Shown: piece by piece, positions 50,945 through 64,000 of the stretch | Layout of the letters: every line of letters starts with the position of its first letter | Position numbering within the stretch: position 1 is the stretch's first letter | Source of the DNA: Octopus sinensis | Lineage: Eukaryota | Length of the DNA stretch: 64,000 nucleotides | Assembly: GCF_006345805.1 (NCBI RefSeq) | Contig: NC_042997.1 | Coordinates: 184,326,001 to 184,390,000, forward strand | Reading direction: 5' to 3' | Notes under the pieces: model-generated | The model's input: the letters and a program-made list of their open reading frames with translations, nothing else | Told to the model about the DNA's origin: nothing | Database searches by the model: none | Made by a program: the position numbers and the translations under genes

Positions 50945-51160
50945 AAGGTGGCAAGCTCGGAGAGTCGTAACAGTGCCGGACAAACTGCTCAGCTCAGCGG
51001 TATTTCTTCTGACTTTACGTTCTGAATTCAAATGGTGCCGAGGTTGACTTTGCCTTTCGTTCAGTTCGGGGTTTATAAAATAAGTACCAGCTGAGTACTG
51101 AGGTTGATGTAATCAACTAGTTCCCACTCCTCAAATTTGCTGGCCTTGTACCAAAATAAG
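50945..51160 (+). mobile_element. SINE family B, diverged
   Basis: TAAGGTGGCAAGCT...GAATTCAAATGGTGCCGAGGTTGACTTTGCCTTTC...AAGTACCAG. Confidence 0.7.
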
Positions 51161-52350
51161 AAAATATTTCTTTTAGCTTTATTTATTTCGAGTTGCACAG
51201 TTAAAATCGAATTATAAAGAGATTGGATATCGTAATAATATCGTTTCAAATTTTGGCACAAGGCCCGCAATTTCAGGAAAGGGGCAAGTCGATTACACCG
51301 ATACCAGTGCTTAGCTGGTACTTATTTTATTGATGCCGAAAGGATGAAAGGCGAAGTCAACCTCTGTGGAATTTGAACTCAGAACGTAAAGACGGACAAA
51401 ATGCCGGTAAGCATATATATATTGATAGAAATGGTAAGACAACAAAAGAATAAAAGAGACCTTGATATTATGTAAATAGAGGAATTTATCTGTCACATAT
51501 ATTTACAGATATATATACATATATATAACATTTTAAAACTGTTGTAATACTTAAAATATTTAATAACATGATGTAGCGTGAAACGATCGTACCAAATTAC
51601 CGGAGATATTCTTGTCGCTTATTTTGATTATATATATATATAATACAAATCCCGTTCTATGTGTGTGTGTAAAAGATTATAACAGTCGTATTTTTCAACT
51701 GATTGCGCTGGAACTTTACACAGTGGGTGCACACATCACAGTGGGTGCACCAGTTAAATTTCAAGAAAGAACATATGTGATTGCAGTAAAAATCGATATC
51801 ATTCCAAAATGAACAGTAATCGAACACGTTTCATGCAGGCATTTTATTATGTGTTTAATAAATAAGCTGACACAAAAGAGTAAGAAGACATGGCAATTAT
51901 TTTGAATAAGTAAAAATGAAATAAAATATTAACTTTAACGAATAAATAGCACTAATTGGCGATCAATCAACTCTGTGAATATTTTCTCACAACAAAATTC
52001 AATTGACAGAAGAAAATGACAATTTGATTGGTAATTGAACGTGGAAATTTGGGTGACGAATATCTAAAACTTTAGCTTGCAGTTTCTTATAAAAGACAAA
52101 AAAATGAGCGGTATTATTCGACTTTTGCGTGACTCACTTGATTTGACTTGTACATGCTCATTATTTATTCTTTAATTCCATTTCATGATGAAGGAATATT
52201 AGTATCAACATTTCAAATTACGAGTTATTATTTTTTTTATCAGTAAGCATGATTGAATGATATTTTGGCAAATTCTTCTTATCCTTTTTACGAATTTTAC
52301 AGATCAAATTCATCGGTTACATTCTAAAAAAAGCACTATTCGGTCGGTTC

Positions 52351-52616
52351 TTATTTCTTTATTGCCCACAAGGGGGCCAAGCATAGAGGGGACAAACAAG
52401 GACAGGCAAAGGGATTAAGCCGATTACATCGACCCCAGTGCCTAACTGGTACTTAATTTATCGACCCAGTGTTCAACTGGTGCTTATTTTATCGACCCTG
52501 AAAGGATGAAAGGCAAAGTCGACCTCGGCGGAATTTGAACTCAGAACGTAAAGACAGACGAAATACAGCTAAGCATTTCGGCCGGCATGCTAACGTTTCT
52601 GCCAGTTCGCCGCCTT
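52351..52616 (-). mobile_element. SINE family B with 17-bp TSD
   Basis: CACTATTCGGTCGGTTC occurs at 52334-52350 and 52617-52633. Confidence 0.92.
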
Positions 52617-52750
52617 CACTATTCGGTCGGTTCCGGTAGCTTATTCATCCACAAGTTTTGCTTCTTTATCAATCAACATGGCATATTGCCGAAGCCCTAT
52701 ATACCATTTGAAGTTTTCCGGTTTGCATTCAATTACAGATTTTCGATAGG

Positions 52751-54580
52751 ATGCCTCGAAAAAACGAGTCCCATTGGCAGAAAAACAAAAATGCTTCCGT
52801 TTTGCATTTCTTGCGATCAAGCGAGAAGAAAGAACAATGTGCGCTTCGGCGTGCTCGCAGTGCTACTTCCACTGCAGTTACCGGAGCATCACAGCCAGCT
52901 CAACAAGCAAAACTCCGGCGTGTTCGGAACGCTGCTTCTACTGCAATTACCGGAGCATCACAGACAGCTCAACAAGCAGAACTCCGGTGTGCTCACGATG
53001 CTGCCTCTACTTCAAATAGCCGTGCTTTAGAGACTGTTGAACAAAGGGTCACAAGGCTTGGGGCTGATTCTCAACGTAAAATGTGTTCTCATGTCTTTTT
53101 GCGGGTTTCTTCCTGTTGCCGGTCTAACAAAGCCTTTTATTACACCCCTATGAGGCCTACGCATCGCACCCTTATACCATCATTGGCAACATATTTACAG
53201 CTTGCAATGAGGTGGCTCGCAGAATCTACCGATATATGCTGCTCCAATGGAGTGGTTAGCTTCTCCCATTTACAAGTCGGTGCTCGAAGGTCATCCAGAT
53301 TCTAAACACTTTCTTCGGAATATAAGAGTCTACAATTCCGCTTTCCAAGTGACAAGCTTTGGGCATGTATCAATAAAAGATGGAAATTATATGCCCACCT
53401 TCAAAGTACAAGGCCAAATTTACCATCAAATTGGCTCCCTTAATCCACAAGATGGCGATGAACACAGCTTTCTTCAGATTTGCTTTATGGAGGATGGACC
53501 TGAGGAAATTGTACGAAGAGCTTCAGTTGCTACAGGAACAAGACCATCTCTTCTGCAGCCCCTTCAATATATGCTTCATACTATAAACCCCTACGTAACC
53601 ATTTTCAAAACTCCTCTTCGGAGTAGAGATGTTAACACCAATCAGTTTAAGGTTGTCATTCGAGGTGACCGCGCTCCATCAGGGCAGCACCAGGGTTGCT
53701 TTAACAAATCCCAAACCGACGAACTTGCGGTGCTTACAAGTCTCAATGAGTGTGCTTCAAACCGTAATATTGTTCTTGAATGGCACGATTCGCGCCTTCA
53801 AAAAATAAATGAACTTCATCCTGTGTATGATGCCCTCCAATATCCATTACTGTTCCCCTATGGTGACGATGACTACCGCATTGCTTGCCAAAGTTTAATC
53901 AGGAAACATTAATACATCTTCAACCACGGAAAACCACTTCACAAATGGAATTTTATGCATTTCGGCTTATGGTTCGCAACATCAACATTCTTCATAGAAC
54001 AAAGATGCTCCTCAATCAATATTGTGTACACGTATTTGCTAAGGTATTTACTCCACACATTTCTTCCCTTGCCACCGAACGCCTCCAGTGGTTAAGACAC
54101 CATCAAAAAGAATTGCGTACGGAAGAATGTGGCCATCCTCGAGACGTAGTGAACCGAAATGATCAGGTTGTTGCTTCGAATATTGGACGTTCTGTCATTC
54201 TCCCATCATCATACACTGTAGGCTCCCCGGTACATGTCTGAAAAAATGCAGGATGGTCTCACTTATGTCCGCCACTGTAGTTGTCCAGATTTTTTCATCA
54301 CTTTCACTTGTAATCTAAAATGGATTAACATCCAGTCTCACTTACTTCATGGCCCAAATCCCCCAGATAGGCATGATATCACATCTGGAGTGTTTCATCT
54401 AAAGCTAATGAAAATGATGGACGTTATAAAACAGATATATTTTTGGACCATTAAGATGTTTTATGTACACCGTAGAATGGCAGAAGAGAGGAGACCCTCA
54501 TTCCCATATCCCCTTCTAGCTTCAAACTAAATTAATGTCAACGGATATCGACTCAGTTATCAGTGCTGAACTGCCAACTC
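52751..54580 (+). pseudogene. Helitron RepHel N-terminal and Rep (HUH) coding remnant
   Basis: HFLRNIRVYNSAFQVTSFG, FKVQGQIYHQIGSL, INELHPVYDALQYPLLFPYG, VILPSSYTVGSP, PDFFITFTCN, YTVEWQKRGDPHSHI (HUH motif), IDSVISAELP. Frameshifted. Confidence 0.92.
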
Positions 54581-54670
54581 CCCAAAAGAACAAACACAAA
54601 AGACACAACAACGCGATGACGTGGTATATGTAATATATTAGCAGACGCTCAGGGAAGCAAAGAAAGATGG

Positions 54671-54705
54671 TTTAACGTTTCGTGCAGACACTCTTCTTCG
54701 GAAAA
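54671..54705 (-). ncRNA. Decayed hammerhead-like motif (CCGAAGA core)
   Basis: Minus strand reads TTT-CCGAAGA-A-GAGT-GTCT-GCAC-GAAAC-GTT-AAA, the same family as 7387 and 40118. Confidence 0.35.
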
Positions 54706-55049
54706 GAGAACCGGCGCTGGTGTGTTTACGTTCCTGTCACTTAGCGGTTCGGCAAGAGAGACCGATAGAATAAGTACTAAGCTTACAAAAAATAAGTTCT
54801 GGGATCGATTTGCTCGACTAAAGGCGGTGCTCTAGTATGGCCGCAGTCAAATGACTGATTCAAATATAAGGGTGATTATATCGTTGTTGTTTAACTCCAG
54901 ATCATATTTGATCCAGACGCATGATCATAGGTATTCCAACAGCGACTAAACTACGTTTTCTTTTCACTGAGAATCTGAAAAAGCATTAGAAAATCTGACT
55001 TAAGTTATTAAATACAGCATAATAAAAGTTGAGGGTGATTTAGCTGCTA

Positions 55050-55448
55050 CTTCTGCAGATCATACAGATGATCTCTTGACAGCTCAAAGGCGATGATATT
55101 GTTGATGATAATGTCGAATATGATTATGGCAATAATGGTGATAACGATAATAATAATATCACGGCTGTTGCTACTGCTAATGGCGATGATGACGTTGATG
55201 ATGACGTTGATGGTGACGTTGATGGTGACGTTAATGATGACGTTAATGGCGATGATGAAGATGACAATGATGATAATGATGACGGCGAAGACGATGATGA
55301 AGATGATGATGATGATGATGATACTTTTGCTGCTGACAATGATACTGCTGCTGATGATGATGTTGATGATGATAAGGTCAACAAGGAGGGCGTTGACGAA
55401 TATGACATTGATGAAGAGACGTTGGCAATGATGATGATGACGACGACG

Positions 55449-55479
<31 letters not shown>

Positions 55480-55520
55480 TGATGATGACGACGACGGCAA
55501 TGATGACGATGGTGATAATT
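55050..55520. repeat. Compound (GAT/GAC/AAT)n low-complexity tract
   Basis: Degenerate trinucleotide repeats that are open in several frames. Confidence 0.85.
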
Positions 55521-55816
55521 CAGCTTGTACATTTCAGAAATATTTTTTTTTCGTTTTTTTTTTTCTTTTCAAAAAAATATCTCACATCATCTTGCAAGAT
55601 TGGTGCAGAAGAAATGAGAATGTATTAAATTATACATGATTGAGTTGGCTCTCAGTCTGGCAGGAACCAAAACAGGGAACTAATCTGATTATCAATCCAC
55701 AGCATTCCCCCCCCCCGGCAATGCTGCATACATCCAAGCAGCCACACACTCACATGATCATATACAAATGTACAAGAACATATGTACTAAGATATAAACA
55801 TATATATATATATTAT

Positions 55817-55909
<93 letters not shown>

Positions 55910-55912
55910 TAT

Positions 55913-55961
<49 letters not shown>

Positions 55962-56087
55962 GTATGTATGTATGTATATATACGCACACAGAGACTCAGT
56001 AAGACATAAACATGTAAACAGTCACACAGTAGTACACATGCGTATAAGCTCTTTCCTTTCCTCTTTCTCTCACTCCTTTCCTCTCAC

Positions 56088-56490
56088 TCTCTTTTACTCT
56101 TTACTCTTTTACTTGTTTCAGTCATCTGACTGCGGCCATGGTGGAACACCGCCTTTAATCGAGCAACTCGACCTCGGGACTTATTCTTTTGTAAGCCCAG
56201 TACTTATTCTATCGGTCTCTTTTGCCGAACCGCTAAGTAACGGGGACGTAAACACACCAGCATTGGTTGTCAAGCAATGCTAGGAGGACAAATACAGACA
56301 TAAACACACACACGCATATATACATATATATACATATATACGACGGGCTTCTTTCAGTTTCCGTCTACCAAATCCACTCACAAGACTTTGGTCGGCCCGA
56401 GGCTATAGTAGAAGACACTTGCCCAAGGTGCCACGCAGTGGGACTGAACTCGGAACCATGTGGTTGGTAAACAAGCTACTTACCACACAG
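56088..56490 (-). mobile_element. SINE family A, near full length
   Basis: Reverse-orientation match to the 39367 copy. Confidence 0.88.
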
Positions 56491-56516
56491 TACATACATT
56501 ACATATATTATATATA

Positions 56517-56608
<92 letters not shown>

Positions 56609-56689
56609 ATATTATTAGATACAGCAAGTATGATATAATGGTTTCAAATTTGCCACAAGGTCAGCCACTTTTTTTTGGGGGGGGGGGTA

Positions 56690-57080
56690 GTCAATTAAAT
56701 CGACACCAGTGTTCAACTGGTACTTATTTTTTTTCTACCCCGAAAGGATGAAAGGTAAGGTCGTCCTCGGTGGAATTTGAACTCAGAAAGTAGTGACAGG
56801 CGAAATACCTATTTCTTTACTACCCACAAGGGGCTACACACAGAGGGGACAAACAAAGACAGACAAACGGATTAAGTCGATTACATCGACTCCAGTGCGT
56901 AACTGGTACTTAATTTATCGATCCCGAAATGATGAAAGGCAAAGTCGACCTCAGCGGAATTTGAACTCAGAACGTAACGGCAGACGAAATACCTATTTCT
57001 TTACTACCCACAAGGGGCTACACACAGAGGGGACAAACAAGGACAGACAAACGGATTACGTCGATTACATCGACCCCATT
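56690..57080 (-). mobile_element. SINE family B tandem body units
   Basis: Repeated CGAAATACCTATTTCTTTACTACCCACAAGGGGCT...GGAATTTGAACTCAGAA units. Confidence 0.85.
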
Positions 57081-57610
57081 GCATTTATGTTTACATCTAA
57101 GGTTTCTTTAATCATTTTATGAAACAATGTTTTGTTAGCTTAGGTTCTAAACACCAGCTTAATAATTATTTCTAACATGGGTACAAAGCCAGAAACTTTG
57201 GGGGAATGGTTAGACTAAATAATCGACTGCCAATATTTGACTGACGCTTTACTTGACCAAACCCAGAAGAATGAAAGACAAAGTTGACAACAGAGAAATT
57301 TGAACTCATTACGTTAAGATTCGCAGAAAATAACACAAAAGCTTTTTGCCCGACACTCTAACGATTTTACTAGTCCATGAAAGTAGCTTCTTTACTATAC
57401 GTATCCATCCAAATTATTAATTATTTTGAAAAGTAACTGAAATTCATGCACAGTAAATTTATATGTATAGAAATATTATTACACATATATATTAAAGATG
57501 AGCAGTGATATATGGCAGAATCGGTAAGCGACAGACGGATGCCATTAGTCACGTCCCGAGGTCAAACGTAATTAAAGGAACCTGTCTATTTGATAATTTA
57601 GTTTGAACTA

Positions 57611-57748
57611 AGAACAGAAAAAAATGGCTGACTTATTTAGTTACGTACTGAGTTAAAATTATGCTTTTTGATTCTAAGTTCAGGAAAACAATACCAGTCG
57701 AATATTGGGTCGAGATAATCGATTATGCTTCCCACTCAGATTTGTGGT

Positions 57749-57783
<35 letters not shown>

Positions 57784-58053
57784 TTCTTCTCTTCTTCTTC
57801 TTCTTCTTCTTCTTCTTCTTCTTCTTCTTCTTCTTCTTCTTCTTCTTCTTCTTCTTCTTCTTCTTCTTCTTCTTCGTCTTCTTCTTCTTCTTCTTCTTCT
57901 TCTTCTTCTTCTTCTTCTTCTTCTTCTTCTTCTTCTTCTTCTTCTTCTATTACTATTACTATTGATAGAGTGGTATAGAGTAGAATAGGTAGAGTCTCTA
58001 AATTTTGGGTTCCGATCACATGAGGTCGACTTAGCCTTTTACGCTTCCACTGT
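57611..58053 (+). repeat. Direct repeat copy 1 (duplicated at 61005-61478), containing (CTT)n
   Basis: The non-microsatellite parts appear identical to those of 61005-61478 apart from an A-run at the start. Confidence 0.92.
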
Positions 58054-58322
58054 CGGTGGAATATGCACCTGTCAAATTCAGGAATCAATTTAATCAACTA
58101 TGAGGTTTTTTTTCCCTTTTAGAAACAATTATTATTGACAGAAATGGTAGAGCAACGCTTGCATCCATCCATACATGTCGATTTTAATGTCTAAGAAAAA
58201 AAAAAATATTGTGAGTATTCGTGAGTTTTATGTGTGCGGTTTGTTCGTCTGTTCGTGTGTATGTGTCTGTGCGGGTGCACGCGTGCATGTGTGTGTATGT
58301 GTTTGTGCGTGCGTGTGTGCGC

Positions 58323-58371
<49 letters not shown>

Positions 58372-59578
58372 CGCACGCGCGTACCTGCGCGTGTGAATGC
58401 GTAAATGTCGTATGGAAACAATCAATATATCAGAAAATCAACAAAGTATATAATTGTTTTGATGAAACCCAATTGCAGACCAGCGTTTTTGAGTAGGGGT
58501 GGTGAACAGATTTGAGGTCGAGCTATGAAAATAACGTGAGGATATCTGGTCGGAAATAAGCAAAATAATGATTTCTTTATTGACCTCAAAGAGACATTGA
58601 GAAGAAAAGATGGATGAAATACAAACCAACGGTGGAATTTACTTTCAGTAAAAACGGAGAAATAAACAATAATAAAAAAAAAAGAGCAATGATAAAGAAA
58701 ATAACAATAAAAGGAATATAACATCACTAGAAAATAACAATTGGATCCCTATAGGTAAGCATAAATGTACTGTCAGAAGAACAGTGCTTGTTTCTTCTGA
58801 ATTGAATGTTAGTCACTTTAGTGAGGTGTGGAAAAGGCAATAAATTAATAGTGATTGAGGGTGGAGAAGAAAGGGATTTGTCATAATATCACGTGCTGTC
58901 AAGGAAAATACATGACTTGGCACTTATTTAAAACTTTTGGTTGTCATGGTTTGGGTATTGATATAAGATGACAACAGAAGTAGAAGAAAAGGTGGGAAGA
59001 AGGTGATACGTACATATGTACGTACGTACGTGCATGCATGCATACATACATACATACATACATGCATACATACATACATACATACATACATACATACATA
59101 CATACATACATACATACATACATACATACATACGTACATATATACATACATACATACATGCATGCATTCATTCATACATACATACATACACACACACACA
59201 TACATACATACATACATACATACATACATACATACACACATGCATGCATACATACATACATACATACATACATACATACATACATACACATATAAATATA
59301 TATACATATATATCATATATTCATACATAAAAATGTGTGTGTTTGTATGTGCGTGTGTGTGTCTATGCGTGTGAATGTATGCATGCGCGTGCGTATATAC
59401 ATTATATAATATAATATATATATATATATTTATATATATAATATATATATGTATATGCATACATGTATATATGCACACACATAAAAATGTACGAAAACAT
59501 GCATAACGCGCACGTATCCGCTGAACATTCTCACGCACTGGGATATAAATGTATATCGGTACAAAACCATTGGTACGT

Positions 59579-59647
<69 letters not shown>

Positions 59648-60191
59648 CACACACGTACACACAATAACATGCATAGATACCCGATCATATATACGTTTGA
59701 AAAACATAAAATGGAAACAAAAAAGGGAACAGAAATGAAATTAAAAATAGTAGTAAAAAAAAGCGTAGCTATGCATTTTGAATAACGCACATTCATAAAA
59801 ACGGAGTGAAAAAAAATGGGAAGTTTATTGAAACGCAAGGAATAAAATTTTCGAAGGTGAATATGATGTGTTGTTCTTCATGAATCTTTGAATGCGATGC
59901 TTCGAGGAGAAGGAAAATACTGGGCGGACATAGTGGTTGTTAAAAGAGTGATATGCTTAAATAGGCAGTTACGGGCTGGTTCAAGGAATAAGTCATTGAA
60001 CGGTTTGTATGTATTGCTGTCCAAAGTTTTGATAAATATGCAGCTGAATGTTCTGGACACTGGGAATATGTGGTCAGTGGCTTTTTGGTGTTGCAGATAT
60101 CAGGGTAAAAATAACACATGCAGGAAGCGAACTTGAGAGCCCTAAATTGAACGTGGATGAGCAAATGGAAAGGTTGCTGTCAATGATATCT

Positions 60192-60774
60192 ATTTCTTTT
60201 TTCTTTATTACCCACAAGGGGTTAAACATAGAGGGGACAAACAAGGACAGACAAATGGATTAAGTCGATTATATCGACCCCAGTGCGTAACTGGTACTTT
60301 ATTTATCGACCCCCGAAAGGATGAAACGCAAAGTCGACCTCGGCGGAATTTGAACTCAGAACGTAACGGCAGACGAAATACCTATTTCTTTACTACCCAC
60401 AAGGGGCTAAACACAGAAGGGACAAACAAGGACAGACAAACGAATTAAGTCGATTATATCGACCCCAGTGCGTAACTGGTACTTAATTTATCGACCTCGA
60501 AAGGATGAAAGGCAAAGTCGACCTCAGCGGAATTTGAACTACCTATTTCTTTACTGCCCACAAGGGGGTTGAACACAGAGGGGACAAACAAGGATAGACA
60601 AACGGATTGTCGATTACATCGACCCCAGTGCGTAACTGGTACTTAATTTATCGACCTCCAAAGGATGAAAGGCAAAGTCGACCCCGGCGGAATTTGAACT
60701 CAGAACGTAGCGACAGACGAAATGCTGCTAGGCATTTCGCCCGGCGTGCTAACGTTTCTGCCAGCTCACCGCCT
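60192..60774 (-). mobile_element. Multimeric SINE family B (head plus 3 body units) inside one TSD
   Basis: GTCAATGATATCT occurs at 60179-60191 and 60779-60791 (17 bp if one mismatch is allowed). Confidence 0.9.
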
Positions 60775-61004
60775 TGCAGTCAATGATATCTTAAGAAGGA
60801 AAGATGTGGAGAGGAAAAGATCGGTCGGGCGGTTATGGAAGGGGTCAGAGAACAAAAACTAGAAGTTGCAGATGAGTGTTTGCTTCGATTGAAGAATGGC
60901 CTTGTTCGAGTGGAAATTGAGAGGGATTGGTATCTGCGGTGTAGTATCTGTAGGTGTGCATGCAGAAGTTAGAAGAACATTGATGTTTGAACTTTGTTTG
61001 ACTC

Positions 61005-61478
61005 AGAACAGGAAAAAAATGGCTGACTTATTTAGTTACGTACTGAGTTAAAATTATGCTTTTTGATTCTAAGTTCAGGAAAACAATACCAGTCGAATAT
61101 TGGGTCGAGATAATCGATTATGCTTCCCACTCAGATTTGTGGTTCTTCTTCTTCTTCTTCTTCTTCTTCTTCTTCTTCTTCTTCTTCTTCTTCTTCTTCT
61201 TCTTCTTCTTCTTCTTCTTCTTCTTCTTCTTCTTCTTCTTCTTCTTCTTCTTCTTCTTCTTCTTCTTCTCTTCTTCTTCTTCTTCTTCTTCTTCTTCTCT
61301 TCTTCTTCTTCTTCTTCTTCTTCTTCTTCTTCTTCTTCTTCTTCTTCTTCTTCTTCTTCTTCTCATTATTATTATTATTATTACTATTGATAGAGTGGTA
61401 TAGAGTAGAATAGGTAGAGTCTCTAAATTTTGGGTTCCGATCACATGAGGTCGACTTAGCCTTTTACGCTTCCACTGT
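61005..61478 (+). repeat. Direct repeat copy 2
   Basis: See 57611-58053. Confidence 0.92.
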
Positions 61479-62073
61479 TGCTCTTGATACTTGTGTCGAA
61501 TTTTAGTTAAGTGTGAACTCTGTACTCTGTACATCGCAAGACTCAGCCCATCTGCACGAATTTTGCAGAGAAAGTGATGTACAGATCGGCAGTACTAGAC
61601 TACCGCTTCTGTGCGTCATATACGTCACTTAAGCAACAGAAAGGCATCTAATACACGGAAAGCTGCGGTTTGTAATTGCGTTTATCTATAAAAACGATTT
61701 GCATCAAGTTTTGTCATTCAAATAATGTACTGTGTTGACATCACCGAGCTTTATATAGTCAAATAGAGAGAGAAAAAAAGACACAAACTTACAGTGAGAT
61801 GTATACAAATATACACGGATTCATAGATACATATATATATATAGAAAGAAGAGACAGAAGTACTGTTACACAGAGATATATGTACGTACACAAACACACA
61901 CTCACGCAGGCGTACATCATAAACAGACACACACAGAAACACACACGATCCCCTCACTGCCACACAGACATGAACACAGAAAAAGTATCATATACAAACA
62001 CAAAACGCATTTACATACATTTCGTACTGACAGGATATGTCTGTTATATTATATAAGTATATATATATATATG

Positions 62074-62145
<72 letters not shown>

Positions 62146-62212
62146 GTATGTATATATATATATATATATAAGTATATATATATATATATATGTCATATAT
62201 ATATAGATATAA

Positions 62213-62262
<50 letters not shown>

Positions 62263-62819
62263 ATATAATAGATAGGCTTGCATTTGTACTCACTATGTTA
62301 TCAATCAAATGTATGCACGTATCCAAATATACATGCATTTTCTTTTTGTGCAATCATATGTCGAAATGAATATATGAATATTTATGTACGTACGTGCATG
62401 CCGTCACGCTGTCACACAACATACACATACATGTATACATATACACACAAGCACATAGGCTGTCTCTCTCTCTCTCTCTCACACATACATACATGGCTAT
62501 ATGTATGTATTTTATATATGAACACCGAAATATACGAAGACACACACACACACGCACACGCACACGAACACAAACGCATACATGTTTGCGCATAAACATA
62601 CTGATCCGAAAAGCTCATCCACCCCAGCCATTTATTTTTCATGGGTAAGAGACTGACGTTCTTTAATATGCAATTTATACGCACGCCAGACAATGAGGTA
62701 GGATATGATCTCATCAATGTTGAAATAAATGGTGCCAGGAGTTCTGGTCGAACGGCAAAGAATGCAAGAAATGTGGCCCGATCTATCATTATTAACTCAA
62801 AATAATAAATAAGTACATG

Positions 62820-63900
62820 CGCGCATGCATGTTGTTAGTATGTATGTATGTATGTATGTATGTATGTATGTATGTATGTATGTATGTATTGTATGAAGTA
62901 TGTGTGTTAGTATGTATGTATGTATGTATGTATGTATGTATGTATGTATGTATGTGTTATGTATGTATGATATGTAGTATGTATGTTGTATGTATGTATG
63001 TATGTATGTATGTGTGTATATGTATGTATGTATGCATGTATGTATGTATGTATGTATGTATGTGTGTATGAATGTATGTGTGTTAGTATGTATGTATGAA
63101 TGTATGTGTGTTAGTATGTATGTATGTATGTATGTATGTATGTATGTGTGTATGTATGTATGTATGTATGTATGTAGTGTGTATGTATGTATGTATGTAT
63201 GTATGTATGTGTGTATGTATGTATGTATGTATGTATGTATGTATGTATGTATGTATGTGTGTTAGTATGTATGTATGTATGTATGTATGTATGTATGTAT
63301 GTATGTATGTGTGTGTGTATGTATGTATGTATGTATGTATGTATGTGTGTTAGTATGTATGTATGTATGTATGTATGTATGTATGTATGTATGTATGTAT
63401 GTATGTATGTATGTATGTATGTATGAATGTATGTGTGTTAGTATGTATGTATGTATGTATGTGTGTATGTATGTATGTGTGTGTGTATGTATGTATGTAT
63501 GTATGTAGTGTGCATGAATGTATGTATGTATGCATGTATGCATGAATGTATGCATGTATGCATGAATGTATGTATGCATGTATGTATCTATGTATGTATG
63601 TGTACATGAATGTATGTATGTACGTATGCATGTATGTGTGCATGAATGTATGTATGCGTGTATTTATATATGTGTGTGTATGTGTATATGTATGTATGTC
63701 TGTATGTATGTGTGTATGTATGCATATATGTATCTATGTATGTGTGTATGTATGTGTGTGCGTGTGTATGTATGTGTATATGTATTTATGTATGTTTGTG
63801 TCTGCATGTATGAGTGCATGTATGTATGCATGTATGTATAGATGTATACATACATACATGCATACATATATATATATGTATAGTATATATACATATACAT
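62820..63900. repeat. Long (TATG)n microsatellite with recurring variant units
   Basis: TATG tract with repeated GTGTGTTAGTATG and GAATGT variants. Confidence 0.9.
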
Positions 63901-64000
63901 ATATATATATATACAATAATCTATAATATATATTATATATATATATTATATATGTATGTGTATATGTATATGTATAGTGTAATATGTATATATATAGATA

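Larger units (their letters stand above)
51630..54582 (+). mobile_element. Helitron remnant (putative 5' end, Rep domain, truncated before the helicase)
   Basis: The Rep-coding region is clear (see next feature). The 5' boundary is inferred from a TATATATAATAC...GTGTGTG...TCAACTGATTGCGCTGGAACTTTACAC segment resembling Helitron 5' ends. Confidence 0.6.

Noticed and set aside
51540-51597. GAAAC-GATC-GTA palindromic stem III-like motif
   Set aside because: No recognisable upstream core or stem I.
55047-55628. Met/Ile/Ser/His-rich ORFs
   Set aside because: Degenerate (GAT)n low-complexity DNA that is open in multiple frames on both strands.
58649-58761. Strong donor AG|GTAAGC with an upstream CAG acceptor
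   Set aside because: All three frames of the implied exon contain stops, and nothing else supports it.
57661-61534. Poly-Ser/Phe/Leu/Glu/Lys ORFs, and the idea that the two direct repeats are LTRs
   Set aside because: The ORFs are (CTT)n translations. The repeats lack TG..CA ends, PBS, PPT and TSD, and no gag or pol is seen between them.

Overview
This is AT-rich, microsatellite-dense eukaryotic DNA. The tRNA-derived SINE families and repeat landscape point to a coleoid cephalopod, probably Octopus (inference). I recognise no host protein-coding gene, so the window is intergenic or intronic. Almost all ORF-track entries are (TA)n, (CA)n, (TATC)n, (TATG)n or triplet-repeat artefacts. Main contents: (1) five independently 5'-truncated, co-oriented copies of a Tx1/L1-clade non-LTR retrotransposon (APE endonuclease, RT, CCHC), all inserted in the same phase into one (ATCT)n array at 17.5-27.4 kb; (2) a full-length R4/Dong-clade element (RT, CCHC, restriction-like endonuclease) inserted in (TAA)n at 30.7-34.6 kb; (3) a TIR-to-TIR DD37D (maT) transposon, a second DD37D fragment and an internally deleted mariner; (4) a Helitron Rep remnant; (5) a CR1 3' fragment; (6) MITEs and many SINEs, some multimeric; (7) several long fold-back palindromes; (8) about nine minimal hammerhead-ribozyme-like motifs of the Penelope pLTR type, including a U3-A8 covariant core. 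Scattered single-base indels in otherwise near-identical repeats suggest long-read assembly errors, so frameshifts may not be biological. Coordinates were counted by hand and may be off by a few bases.
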